Assembly: GCA_017453205.1 (NCBI GenBank)
Contig: JAFTKO010000012.1
Location: 3,530-67,529 of the forward strand
Source of the DNA: Clostridia bacterium
Lineage (GTDB): Bacteria; Bacillota; Clostridia; Oscillospirales; CAG-272
Reading direction: 5' to 3'
Length of the DNA: 64,000 nucleotides
This document shows positions 43,121 through 52,716 of the stretch, piece after piece. A model generated the notes under the pieces. The model ran no database searches and was not told the origin of the DNA. It worked only from the letters and a program-made list of their open reading frames with translations. A program made the translations under genes and the position numbers. Position 1 is the stretch's first letter. Each line of letters starts with the position of its first letter.

Positions 43121-43878
43121 AAACCAAAGATTTACTTTATGCCATGGGCGGTATTGACGTGCAATGGATTTTAGATGCCGCACCCGATGAGGCGGTGCCG
43201 AAAGGAAAGACCGGTAAACGCAGATGGGTTATCCCGACAGCGGTTGCTGCAGGCGTATGCGCCGTATTGGTCTCCGTGTCGGCAGTCTCTACGCTTGCGC
43301 GAAACATTGCACTGACAGACGATTCTTACGGGGTACGTGCAAGCTACGCTTGGTTTGTTCCGAAACAGGAAAAGACAGCAGACCTGCTGGCGTACATGAC
43401 CGAGGAGGAGCTGTTTTGCAAATGGGATACTGTAGTTTTTCGCGGTACGGTGACAAGCATCGAAAACATCGTTCTCAATTTTGACGGTCTAAAGGAGTAC
43501 CGTGCGCTTGTGGAGCTCGAGGTGAGCGAGACCTACCGCGGAGAGGTGGGGGAGAAGGTCACGCTGTTGCTGCCCTGCCCGATCGGGAACGGTGTGCGTT
43601 CGACCGATACCGACACGGTAGACGAGCTGAAGGTGGGTATGAGCGGTATTTTTATGCCGTTGCTGTATGATGAGACCTCGGTGATCTCGATGAACGGTGC
43701 AAGCTTGGCTCTCCTGGATATTGCCGACGGTGCCTTTCCCGATGGGGTACGCTATGCTTTTTTGGAGGGCAAGGACGGTTTGATTTTTGACGGGAATGCC
43801 TATCCGAGCCTTACGGATGCCGAGACACTGGATGAGATCGAGGCTTATGTGAAAGAGATGATCCAAAAGACAGAGTAA
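43117..43878 (+). CDS. Putative anti-sigma factor (single TM)
   Basis: Overlaps sigma stop (ATGA); LLYAMGGID N-terminus, one TM, extracytoplasmic domain. Confidence 0.72.
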   Translation: MKTKDLLYAMGGIDVQWILDAAPDEAVPKGKTGKRRWVIPTAVAAGVCAVLVSVSAVSTLARNIALTDDSYGVRASYAWFVPKQEKTADLLAYMTEEELFCKWDTVVFRGTVTSIENIVLNFDGLKEYRALVELEVSETYRGEVGEKVTLLLPCPIGNGVRSTDTDTVDELKVGMSGIFMPLLYDETSVISMNGASLALLDIADGAFPDGVRYAFLEGKDGLIFDGNAYPSLTDAETLDEIEAYVKEMIQKTE

Positions 43879-44070
43879 AATTTTGACTTTTGTGTAACCC
43901 CGATGTCTCGCATCGGTATTTGCCCGCATATACTGTTCTTGTGCTTAAAGAATTTAATTTAATTCGCTAAAATTTTTTTGCAAAAACTGTTGACAAAATG
44001 CAATTTTTGTATTATAATAATTTCGTTTCATAATCGCTATTTGAAGGAAAATGAGGCGAGAATCACAAAA

Positions 44071-44088
44071 TTGTGAAATTCTTGTCAA
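44071..44088. promoter_or_regulatory. Possible Rex-like operator upstream of gdhA
   Basis: TTGTGAA-ATTC-TTGTCAA downstream of TTGACA/TATAAT promoter. Confidence 0.4.
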
Positions 44089-44133
44089 TCAATCTTGCAA
44101 AAAGCAAAGCCAAATTCAGGAGGAACATACAGA

Positions 44134-45486
44134 ATGAGCATCAAGAACGAATATCTGGCAAAGGTCATGCAAGACGTGATCAAGCGCAACCCCGGTGAGC
44201 CCGAGTTCCATCAAACAGTCAGCGAAGTGCTGGAGTCCTTGGAGCCTGTGGTGGAAAAGAGCCCCGAGTTTATCGAAAAGGGTGTCATCGACATGATCGT
44301 TGAGCCCGAGCGTATCATCAAATTCCGCGTTCCGTGGGTGGATGATCAAGGCAAGGTTCAGGTCAACCGCGGTTACCGTATCCAGTTTAACAGCGCGATC
44401 GGTCCTTACAAGGGTGGCTTGCGTTTCCATCCCTCGGTCAACGAGAGCATCATCAAATTCCTCGGATTTGAGCAGACCTTTAAAAACTCTCTCACCTCGC
44501 TCCCCATGGGCGGCGGTAAGGGCGGTTCCGACTTTGATCCGCAGGGCAAATCCGATGCAGAGGTCATGCGTTTCTGCCAAAGCTTTATGACCGAGCTTTC
44601 CAAGCACATCGGCGCAAATACCGATGTTCCCGCGGGTGATATCGGTGTCGGCGCACGTGAAATCGGTTATCTGTACGGTCAGTACAAGAGACTGCGCAAT
44701 GAGTTTACGGGCGTTCTTACTGGTAAGGGACTTCCTTACGGCGGTTCTTTGATCCGTCCCGAGGCGACCGGCTACGGCGCGGTTTACTACACCGTAGAGA
44801 TGTTGAAGTATTTCAAGGACGATATCAAGGGCAAGACCTTTGCCATTTCCGGCTTCGGTAACGTGGCTTGGGGTACGGTCAAGAAGGTCAATGAGCTGGG
44901 CGGTAAAGTGGTTACCATTTCCGGTCCCGACGGCTATATCTACGATCCCGACGGTGTCAGCACCGAGGAAAAGGTCAACTTCATGCTCGAGATGCGCGCT
45001 TCTTGCCGCAACAGAGTGCAGGACTATGCCGATAAGTTTGGCGTACAGTTCTTCCCGAAGGAAAAGCCTTGGGGCGTTAAGGCAGACATTATCATGCCTT
45101 GCGCAACGCAGAACGAGGTTGGTATGGAAGAGGCAAAGAAGATCGTTGCCAACGGCATTAAGTACTACGTGGAGGTCTCCAATATGCCCACCACCAATGA
45201 GGCAGTTGCCTACCTCAAGGAGAACGGCGTCATTGTTGCTCCCTCCAAGGCAGTTAACGCAGGCGGCGTAGCGGTTTCCGGACTTGAGATGTCTCAAAAC
45301 TCCATGCGTTACAGCTGGACTGCAGAAGAAGTCGACGCAAAGCTGTACACCATTATGGCGAACATCTTTAAGGCATCGATCGATGCGGCTCATGAGTACG
45401 GCTTGGGCGATGACTTGGTATCGGGTGCGAACATTGCGGGCTTCCTCAAGGTTGCAAAAGCAATGCTGGCTTACGGCGTTGTCTGA
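44134..45486 (+). CDS. gdhA: NADP-specific glutamate dehydrogenase
   Basis: GPYKGGLRFHP, MGGGKGGSDF, DVPAGDIG, RPEATGYG. Confidence 0.97.
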   Translation: MSIKNEYLAKVMQDVIKRNPGEPEFHQTVSEVLESLEPVVEKSPEFIEKGVIDMIVEPERIIKFRVPWVDDQGKVQVNRGYRIQFNSAIGPYKGGLRFHPSVNESIIKFLGFEQTFKNSLTSLPMGGGKGGSDFDPQGKSDAEVMRFCQSFMTELSKHIGANTDVPAGDIGVGAREIGYLYGQYKRLRNEFTGVLTGKGLPYGGSLIRPEATGYGAVYYTVEMLKYFKDDIKGKTFAISGFGNVAWGTVKKVNELGGKVVTISGPDGYIYDPDGVSTEEKVNFMLEMRASCRNRVQDYADKFGVQFFPKEKPWGVKADIIMPCATQNEVGMEEAKKIVANGIKYYVEVSNMPTTNEAVAYLKENGVIVAPSKAVNAGGVAVSGLEMSQNSMRYSWTAEEVDAKLYTIMANIFKASIDAAHEYGLGDDLVSGANIAGFLKVAKAMLAYGVV

Positions 45487-45507
45487 TTTTCAAAATTTAT
45501 ATTTTAC

Positions 45508-45537
45508 AAGACCACCGAGCGATCGGTGGTCTTTTTT
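45508..45537 (+). terminator. Terminator after gdhA
   Basis: aagaccaccga...tcggtggtctttttt. Confidence 0.85.
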
Positions 45538-45667
45538 ACGCATTTCAATTCCTGTCCGTTCTTCCATGCAAAAATCCTTGATTTTTGTACAACGATATGT
45601 TATAATGATATCAGATAACAACAAATACGCTTTGAAACGCTTTTTTGAAAGGGGATTTTATCGGACT

Positions 45668-46639
45668 ATGAAACACGTGTTTGTGATCAATCCCGCGTCG
45701 GGAAAGGAAAACTCATTTGAGACCATCAAAAACGCACTGGAGGCAATGCAGACGCCCGTGGATTATGAGCTTTATGAAACACAGGCACCGGGAGACGCCA
45801 CGGCGTATATCCGTGAGTATTGCCGCGATTGTACCGATTCTGTACGCTTTTACGCTTGCGGCGGTGACGGAACGCTCAATGAGGTTGTCAACGGCGCGGT
45901 CGGCTTTGCACATGCAAGCGTGGGGTGTTATCCTTGCGGCTCGGGGAATGATTTTGTCAAGTATTACGGTGGAAAAAAAGCCTTTTTGAACATACACGAA
46001 TTGTTGGATGCTGACGAGGAGACCATCGATTTGATGCGCGTGGGGGGCAAATATGCCGTGAACGCCACGCATTTCGGCTTTGACTCCTGCGTGGCAAAGA
46101 CGATGATGAATGTTCGCCGTAAAAAGCTGATCGGCGGCAAAAACGCATATACCACAGGCGTTGTTGTGGGTCTGTTTAAGGCGATGAAAAACAAATGTAA
46201 GGTATGGGTGGACGGTGAACTGATCAATCCCGCGGGCAACATCCTGCTTTGCACAGTTGCAAACGGACAGTACGTAGGGGGCTCTTTCCGCTGTGCGCCG
46301 CGTTCACTTGACAACGACGGGCTGCTGGAGGTCTGTTTGGTTCGCCCCGTTTCGCATTTGACCTTTCTTTCCATGATGAAAGAGTACGGCAAAGGTACCC
46401 ACCTCGATCATCCCAAACTCCAAAAATATTTGGAGTATCGCCGTGGTAAAAGCGTGACGGTGGAGGCGCCCGAGGGATTTGTTTACGCTGTGGACGGTGA
46501 GTTGGTCGCGCAAAACCGCTTTACGGTGGAGGTTGTACCCGACGCGCTCCGTTTTGCCGTGCCCAAAAGTGCAAGCCCTTTGATCGGTGAGACACATGTC
46601 CCGCACACCGTCGGAGCGAAAGAAAGCGTTTGGGTCTGA
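45668..46639 (+). CDS. Diacylglycerol/lipid kinase family protein (YegS/DgkB-like)
   Basis: VINPASGK, CGGDGTLNE, GSGNDF, NGQYVGG, VDGE. Confidence 0.9.
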   Translation: MKHVFVINPASGKENSFETIKNALEAMQTPVDYELYETQAPGDATAYIREYCRDCTDSVRFYACGGDGTLNEVVNGAVGFAHASVGCYPCGSGNDFVKYYGGKKAFLNIHELLDADEETIDLMRVGGKYAVNATHFGFDSCVAKTMMNVRRKKLIGGKNAYTTGVVVGLFKAMKNKCKVWVDGELINPAGNILLCTVANGQYVGGSFRCAPRSLDNDGLLEVCLVRPVSHLTFLSMMKEYGKGTHLDHPKLQKYLEYRRGKSVTVEAPEGFVYAVDGELVAQNRFTVEVVPDALRFAVPKSASPLIGETHVPHTVGAKESVWV

Positions 46640-46642
46640 AAT

Positions 46643-47380
46643 ATGCGAAAAAAGAAAATAGAACAAGGGTTTGAGTATTTAAAGGATGGACATGAAGAAC
46701 GCGCCGTGGAGCGCTGGAGCCGCGACTTGAAACGCTCGCCCGAGCAGGTACTAAAGTCTTGTGAGGAGGCGGTCACACAAGCCGAGAGCACGGATGCTGC
46801 AGCAACATTCACAGAGGTTCACACTCAGTGCGTAACGCTTTTGCGCGGCTTTTGTGAGATGCTGATTGCACAAACGGCGAGGATACCAAAACCGACCAGT
46901 ATTTTCTTGGGAGAAGAGGAACGCAAGCCTGCTTACGCCGCGATCTGTCGGTTGCTTGGAGAGACCGAGACCTTTAGAAAGAATTTCGGCGCGGCGACCA
47001 TGGAGGTGATGGCAATTGAAAGTCTGCTTTCCCGTTGTACGCGTGCGCGAAATCACGCAACGCGGATTTTGGCGGACGTGGGTGCCGCAACACGGCGGGT
47101 ACCGGTGACCGATGCGTTTTTTTCGGCACACGGAATGCTCCGCGCGAGGTTGACCGCAGAGAACGAAAATGCTATGCGTGTTGCCGAAAAATCAACGGCT
47201 TTACAGGGGAAGGTGACCGCATTTTACAGCGACGTACTGCCAAATTTTTGCATACGTGCCGAAAAAGCCGCGGATATGGCGCATGACGGCGAAGCCTGCA
47301 ACCCCATGGTGCTCATACGCCTGTGTGGGGAACTCCGCGAGGCGACGGAAAATTTGGTAAGACAGTTGGAAAAGTATTAA
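46643..47380 (+). CDS. Hypothetical alpha-helical protein
   Basis: 245-aa ORF filling the gap between lipid kinase and glpK on the same strand. Confidence 0.65.
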   Translation: MRKKKIEQGFEYLKDGHEERAVERWSRDLKRSPEQVLKSCEEAVTQAESTDAAATFTEVHTQCVTLLRGFCEMLIAQTARIPKPTSIFLGEEERKPAYAAICRLLGETETFRKNFGAATMEVMAIESLLSRCTRARNHATRILADVGAATRRVPVTDAFFSAHGMLRARLTAENENAMRVAEKSTALQGKVTAFYSDVLPNFCIRAEKAADMAHDGEACNPMVLIRLCGELREATENLVRQLEKY

Positions 47381-47408
47381 CCGAGTAATATTTTTATGGA
47401 GGTTGCAT

Positions 47409-48899
47409 ATGGCAAAATACTTGCTTGCGTTGGATCAAGGGACGACAAGCTCCCGTTGCATTATTTTCGATTGCCAGGGCAATATCTGTTCCAAGGTGCA
47501 AAGGGAGTTTCCGCAAATTTTCCCGCGTGACGGCTGGGTGGAGCATGACGCCACCGAGATTTGGGCATCGCAAATGGGTGTTGCCGTGGAGGCAATGCTT
47601 GCCATTGGTGCGTCTGCCGCCGATATCGCCGCCATTGGTATCACCAATCAACGTGAGACCGTGGTTGTATGGGAAAAGGCTACGGGCAAGCCGATCTGCA
47701 ACGCCGTTGTTTGGCAATGCAGACGTACGGCAGAGGATTGCGAACGGCTCAAACGCGAGGGTGTTGAGAATGAGATCAGAACCCGCACGGGACTGTTGCT
47801 CGATCCTTATTTTTCCGCAACCAAGTTGAAATGGATCCTCGATCACGTCGAAGGTGCACGCGAACGTGCGCAAAGAGGGGAGTTGTTGTTTGGAACGATC
47901 GATACATGGTTGATCTATCAACTTACGGGCGGTAAGATTCATGCTACCGATCCCTCCAATGCCGCACGTACCATGCTTTTCAATATTCACACATTGGAGT
48001 GGGACGCGGAGCTACTGCGTTTATTTGATATCCCCGCTTGCATGATGCCAAAGGTTTTGCCGTCCTCGGGGGTGTTCGGTTACACCGACGCGCGGCTTTT
48101 TGGTGGGGAGATCCCGATCGCGGGCGTGGCGGGAGATCAGCAGGCGGCGCTGTTCGGTCAGTGCTGTTTTGACGCGGGAGATGCAAAAAATACCTACGGT
48201 ACAGGTGGATTTCTGCTGATGAACACGGGTAAGGCACCGATCTTGCCCAAGCAAGGATTGCTTTCCACGGTCGGATGGCAGATCGGAAACAAGGTCAGCT
48301 ATGTTCTTGAAGGCTCGGTGTTCGTCTGCGGCGCGGTCATCCAGTGGTTGCGTGACGGATTGGGACTGGTCAAAAATGCCGCCGATACCGAACATATGGC
48401 AAACAAAGTGCCCGACAGCGCGGGCGTTTACCTCGTTCCCGCTTTCGTCGGGCTTGGCGCACCCTATTGGGACGCTTACGCGCGCGGCGGGATTCAAGGA
48501 CTGACACGCGCCACCAACAAATATCACATCGTGCGCGCCGCATTGGAGAGCATGGCGTATCAGACCGCCGATGTTCTTGCGGCAATGCAGACCGAAACGG
48601 GGACACCGCTTTCCGCTTTGCGCGTGGATGGCGGAGCCTCGGCAAACAATTTCCTGCTGCAGTTCCAAGCCGACATCTTGGGGACAAAGCTGATCCGTCC
48701 CGCTTGCGTGGAGACCACCGCATGGGGGGCGGCAACACTGGCGGGGCTTGGGGTCGGTGTTTATTCGGATATTGACGAATTGCATGCCGCGCGGAGAATT
48801 GACCGCACGTTTGGCGCGCAAATGTCCGCGGTTGAGCGCGAACAACTCCTTGAAGGCTGGCACCGCGCTGTGGAACGTACCCTTGGGTGGGCAAAATAA
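47409..48899 (+). CDS. glpK: Glycerol kinase
   Basis: [38 protein letters not shown]. Confidence 0.96.
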   Translation: MAKYLLALDQGTTSSRCIIFDCQGNICSKVQREFPQIFPRDGWVEHDATEIWASQMGVAVEAMLAIGASAADIAAIGITNQRETVVVWEKATGKPICNAVVWQCRRTAEDCERLKREGVENEIRTRTGLLLDPYFSATKLKWILDHVEGARERAQRGELLFGTIDTWLIYQLTGGKIHATDPSNAARTMLFNIHTLEWDAELLRLFDIPACMMPKVLPSSGVFGYTDARLFGGEIPIAGVAGDQQAALFGQCCFDAGDAKNTYGTGGFLLMNTGKAPILPKQGLLSTVGWQIGNKVSYVLEGSVFVCGAVIQWLRDGLGLVKNAADTEHMANKVPDSAGVYLVPAFVGLGAPYWDAYARGGIQGLTRATNKYHIVRAALESMAYQTADVLAAMQTETGTPLSALRVDGGASANNFLLQFQADILGTKLIRPACVETTAWGAATLAGLGVGVYSDIDELHAARRIDRTFGAQMSAVEREQLLEGWHRAVERTLGWAK

Positions 48900-48911
48900 A
48901 GAGGATGGATT

Positions 48912-49529
48912 ATGGTTTTACAGATTTGTATTCGTCAATCCGTGGTGGACGATGGTTGGCAGCTTTTTGTAGATGATGTGGAAATGACGCTGACATACAT
49001 GGATTTTACCGAGCCTCGCGCTTACTCCAAAGTGAAGCTTGATCCCGGGACTCATACGGTAAAGATTGAAAAAAACTCCTCCTACCGTTCCGTAAAAAGT
49101 GCGATGGCGCATTCCTTTATGGGCTGGTTGGAGGCAGTATCGGGCGGCGGCTCCGAGGTGGAAGCTGTGTGGAACGGTACCAAAAATATCCGCGCGCTTT
49201 ACACGGTCACGGTAGCGGATGAAAATGCGGATCTTACTTATTCTTTTCAAAACGCAACACTCGAGCGTTGCTCAGTCGAATGCAAAACCGTATCGGAAGA
49301 GGTGTTTGAAAATAAGCAAGATAAGCGCCGCTGGTGGTTGACATGGAAATTGCCGATTATGCTGTTAAGCGCGGCCGTGTTTTTGCCTTTATGGATTTTC
49401 AGCATTACAATGCTGATCCGTGAATTTGATTTTGCCGTATTGCTGTTGTTTTTGTTGCTTACTGTTATTATTGGCGTGTTTGTGTGGGCGTTTTTTATTT
49501 ACAAGCGTGGAGAGAGGAAAAGTAAATAA
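48912..49529 (+). CDS. Hypothetical membrane protein (two C-terminal TMs)
   Basis: 205-aa ORF with RBS gagga, hydrophobic C-terminus. Confidence 0.7.
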   Translation: MVLQICIRQSVVDDGWQLFVDDVEMTLTYMDFTEPRAYSKVKLDPGTHTVKIEKNSSYRSVKSAMAHSFMGWLEAVSGGGSEVEAVWNGTKNIRALYTVTVADENADLTYSFQNATLERCSVECKTVSEEVFENKQDKRRWWLTWKLPIMLLSAAVFLPLWIFSITMLIREFDFAVLLLFLLLTVIIGVFVWAFFIYKRGERKSK

Positions 49530-49558
49530 GTGAGGGTAACCAAGATGACTTCTTGTTG

Positions 49559-49612
49559 AACAGTTTTAAGGGCGCGGGGAGAGGAACTTTTTTCAAAAAG
49601 TTCCTCTCCCCG
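49559..49612. repeat. REP-like palindrome, family A
   Basis: aacagtttt...cggggagaggaacttttt-tc-aaaaagttcctctccccg. Confidence 0.72.
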
Positions 49613-49831
49613 AAAAATATTTGTTCTTCTTGCCAATAATTCCCGATTTTCCTTGCATTTTGCGGTATTTTCCGCAAAAAAGTCGCAAAAAAATTAAAAT
49701 TTTTTTCCTCAATCTTATTGATTATATGCGAAAGATGTGGTACAATATTACTATATAACCGAATTTTTCGGAAAAAGTTCATTTTTGAGGGACTTTGGAC
49801 GGCAAATTTGACGGAACGGAGGGCGAAAACC

Positions 49832-52702
49832 TTGCAATATTCACTATTATTCACTTCTGCATTCGGCGTGGGATTGACCAACACGGGATTTTTGGTCGCC
49901 ATCGCGGTACTTGCATGTATTTTGGGTGCCGAGGTCGCCGGCATTTGTATCCTAATCAGTAAAATGTCGCGCGCACGCAGAGCCGAGTTGGAACGCGAAC
50001 AGTCGGATGAGGACAATGACGGCTCATCTACCTATCGCAACTATGCCGCGGCGGCTGTCTTTTTCTTCGGTGCCATTCCGAAAGCCTCCTACATCGCACT
50101 GACTGTGCTTGCCGCACTCGCGGCGGTTGCGGCGGTCTTGTTTGTAGTGCTTTTGATTATCTTCCGCGCACGCGGATATGATTTTGCGTCATCGGCTTGG
50201 TATCAAGCGGCACAGGCACAGGATCGCGAACGCAAGTCCGAGCCGGAAGAGATTCCCGAGGCGAAAAATGAGGAACCTGTTTATGCCGTAGCGGAGGAGA
50301 CTTTGCCCGACGAGAGCGAGGAACAGCGACAAGAGGCGTACACCGAGATCGAACAAACGCCCGCAGAGGAAGAGCCTTTTGCTATGTTCGCTGAGGAGCC
50401 TCAAGAGGCTTACGACGAACAAAACATACAGGAGGACACGCAAGAAACGGAGCCCCCCGCCCCGATAGAGGAAGTGTTTGTTGCAGAACCTGTGACCCGG
50501 TCGGTGGATATGACACCCGTACAGCCTGCCGCCGCGACGACTACCGTGACCACTGTGCGCGAGGAACCCGCGTTTGCCGACGGTTCCCAGCCTTATAAGG
50601 TTGTGGAAAAGGTTGTGACCGAGACCTTTAAAGAGGTTTATACCGAAACGCCCAATACTGCACAGCCGCAGGCCGCCGCAACGTCAACCAACGACGCTGT
50701 TCTTGAAAAGTTGGTCGATCTTTTGGACTATGAGATCCGCAACCGCCGTGAGAACGAGCGCACCGAGAACGCAAAAAACGATCAGAATGATGAGGAAAAG
50801 AAAAAGGGAAGCATTGCCACCTTTGCAAAGACCGATCTCCCCGCCGATGAGGATGAGGACGACGAGGATGAAAATGAGGAAGACGACGAGCTTGATACCG
50901 ACGAACGCGATGAGTTGAAAAACGGCGAGGATGATGACCGTGACGATGAGGAAAACGACACCGACGGCGATCATTTTACCGGAAACGAGCGCATCATCGG
51001 CTTTGACGAGGATACGGGATGCTATATCGTGGCGCATTACCGCAAGAGCTTTGAGGCAAAGCTCATCCAATCGCGTCCCAATATCAAAAAGTATTACAGC
51101 GATCTCAAAAACGCACTGCTTTCCTATAAGGGTACCAAGAGCCGTATCAGTTGGACGGCAGACAGTTTCCACAACGGTCGCACGCAGATTGCAAAGATCA
51201 ATGTCAAAACACGTATTTTGGAGCTTTATCTCGCGCTGGATCCCGCCACACTGGAGGGAACCGTCTACCGAGGCAAGGATGTGAGCAGCAAAAAGAAATA
51301 TGCCGACACGCCCTTCCAGTACAAGCTCCGCACGCCCCGAAAGTTCAAATGGGCAATGGAATTGGTACAGCGTGTATGTGAGGAACAAGGTCTCTCTCCC
51401 ATTGACATTGAGCATGTCAATTACGACGAACAGTATCCCTTTGATACCACCGATAATCTGGTGGCGCGTAAGCTGATCAAGGAGTATATCCGTGAGGAAA
51501 AGCCCGCCACGACTTTTGAGCTGGCGCCCGATCATGTTCCTGCCGTTCCCGACGAGGACGACAGCGTCATCCCCGCCAACGCAAACTTCTCTTGGGAGTT
51601 TGATAACGAGCGTATGCCCGAGCCCGAACCCGAGCCTGTTCCGGAGCCGGAGCCTGTTCCTGCACCCGAGCCCGAGCCGGAATCGATTCCCGAGCCGGAG
51701 CCTACACCGGCGCCCGCTCCCGAACCTACGCCCGCGCTTGCACCGCAAGCATCAATTAAGCGTGAAACGGTGAAGGTGACCGAGATGCGTTACACCGAGC
51801 GTTATTATAATGATGCAAAACCGACCTACGAACAGGTCATTACCACAACCGAGCCGATCGAGGCGATTGCAGTTCCCGCAGACGAGCCCGAGAAAGCCCC
51901 CGCCGCACAGGAACCCGAAACGATCAAGATCGATATCGAAGAACCCGTGATCGATCTTGCAGAGGAAACTCCCGAGATGTCTGTTGTTGAGGACGTTGCT
52001 GAGCAGTCCGAAGAGGAGGAGACCGTAGCGGCTGTGGCCATGACCGCACCCGTAGCAAAGTCCGAGGCGGAGGTCGATGAGATCGATGATGAGATCGACG
52101 AGGAACGCTTCTTTGACGATGCTCCCGCCGAAGCTCCTGTGGAGACACCCGCCGAGACGGAAGCTTATGAGGAGCCCGAACAGCCCGTTGAGGCGATACA
52201 GGAACAAGAAAATAACGCGTTGCCGTTCCGTCCGTCGTATTATGCAAACCGCAATTACTACGAGGAAAATGACAGCGCGGAACAGACCGAGGAAATCTCC
52301 GAAGAGAACGGTGAGCAATCCGAGGAGACTGTATATGAGGAAGAACCCGAATACACGGAGGAACCCGAGGGGGATGCCACATATGAGGAAACGACCGAGT
52401 ATGTGACCGAAACCGAGCCTGTCCCCGAGGAATACGTGGAGTCACCCAAACCTGCGGTCAACATCAATCCCTCGGTGGCAGTGGTGGATATCTGTTCCTT
52501 GGAAGAGCATTTTCCGGCGGGGGCTGTCATCAATCTTGATACTCTCAAGGCACGTGACTTGGTACTGCCGTCGGCGACAGTGCTTAAGATCTACGCCGGT
52601 GGAACACTTTCCAAAGCATTTACAGTAGAAGCAAATCATTTTACCCTTGACGCTATCAAAGCCATCAGCGATGCCGACGGGGATTCCGTGATGGTGCGGT
52701 AA
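49832..52702 (+). CDS. Large acidic membrane protein with central globular domain and C-terminal ribosomal uL15-like domain
   Basis: TTG start after ggaggg; N-terminal hydrophobic segments; basic domain YRKSFEAKLIQS...YLALDP; PE repeats; C-terminal LKIYAGGTLSKAFTVEANHFTLDAIKAISDADG resembles uL15. Confidence 0.8.
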   Translation: MQYSLLFTSAFGVGLTNTGFLVAIAVLACILGAEVAGICILISKMSRARRAELEREQSDEDNDGSSTYRNYAAAAVFFFGAIPKASYIALTVLAALAAVAAVLFVVLLIIFRARGYDFASSAWYQAAQAQDRERKSEPEEIPEAKNEEPVYAVAEETLPDESEEQRQEAYTEIEQTPAEEEPFAMFAEEPQEAYDEQNIQEDTQETEPPAPIEEVFVAEPVTRSVDMTPVQPAAATTTVTTVREEPAFADGSQPYKVVEKVVTETFKEVYTETPNTAQPQAAATSTNDAVLEKLVDLLDYEIRNRRENERTENAKNDQNDEEKKKGSIATFAKTDLPADEDEDDEDENEEDDELDTDERDELKNGEDDDRDDEENDTDGDHFTGNERIIGFDEDTGCYIVAHYRKSFEAKLIQSRPNIKKYYSDLKNALLSYKGTKSRISWTADSFHNGRTQIAKINVKTRILELYLALDPATLEGTVYRGKDVSSKKKYADTPFQYKLRTPRKFKWAMELVQRVCEEQGLSPIDIEHVNYDEQYPFDTTDNLVARKLIKEYIREEKPATTFELAPDHVPAVPDEDDSVIPANANFSWEFDNERMPEPEPEPVPEPEPVPAPEPEPESIPEPEPTPAPAPEPTPALAPQASIKRETVKVTEMRYTERYYNDAKPTYEQVITTTEPIEAIAVPADEPEKAPAAQEPETIKIDIEEPVIDLAEETPEMSVVEDVAEQSEEEETVAAVAMTAPVAKSEAEVDEIDDEIDEERFFDDAPAEAPVETPAETEAYEEPEQPVEAIQEQENNALPFRPSYYANRNYYEENDSAEQTEEISEENGEQSEETVYEEEPEYTEEPEGDATYEETTEYVTETEPVPEEYVESPKPAVNINPSVAVVDICSLEEHFPAGAVINLDTLKARDLVLPSATVLKIYAGGTLSKAFTVEANHFTLDAIKAISDADGDSVMVR

Positions 52703-52716
52703 GGAGGTCGTAAACC

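Noticed and set aside
45284-45667. N-terminal extensions given in the ORF track (lipid kinase, nfnA, nfnB, lacZ, csp, LRR, CBM9, 994-aa protein)
   Set aside because: They run through promoters, terminators or upstream genes; downstream starts have better RBS and fit family lengths.
51614-51740. Tandem DNA repeats as a possible CRISPR array or VNTR locus
   Set aside because: In-frame Pro-Glu coding repeats with no spacers; no CRISPR array or cas genes seen in the window.
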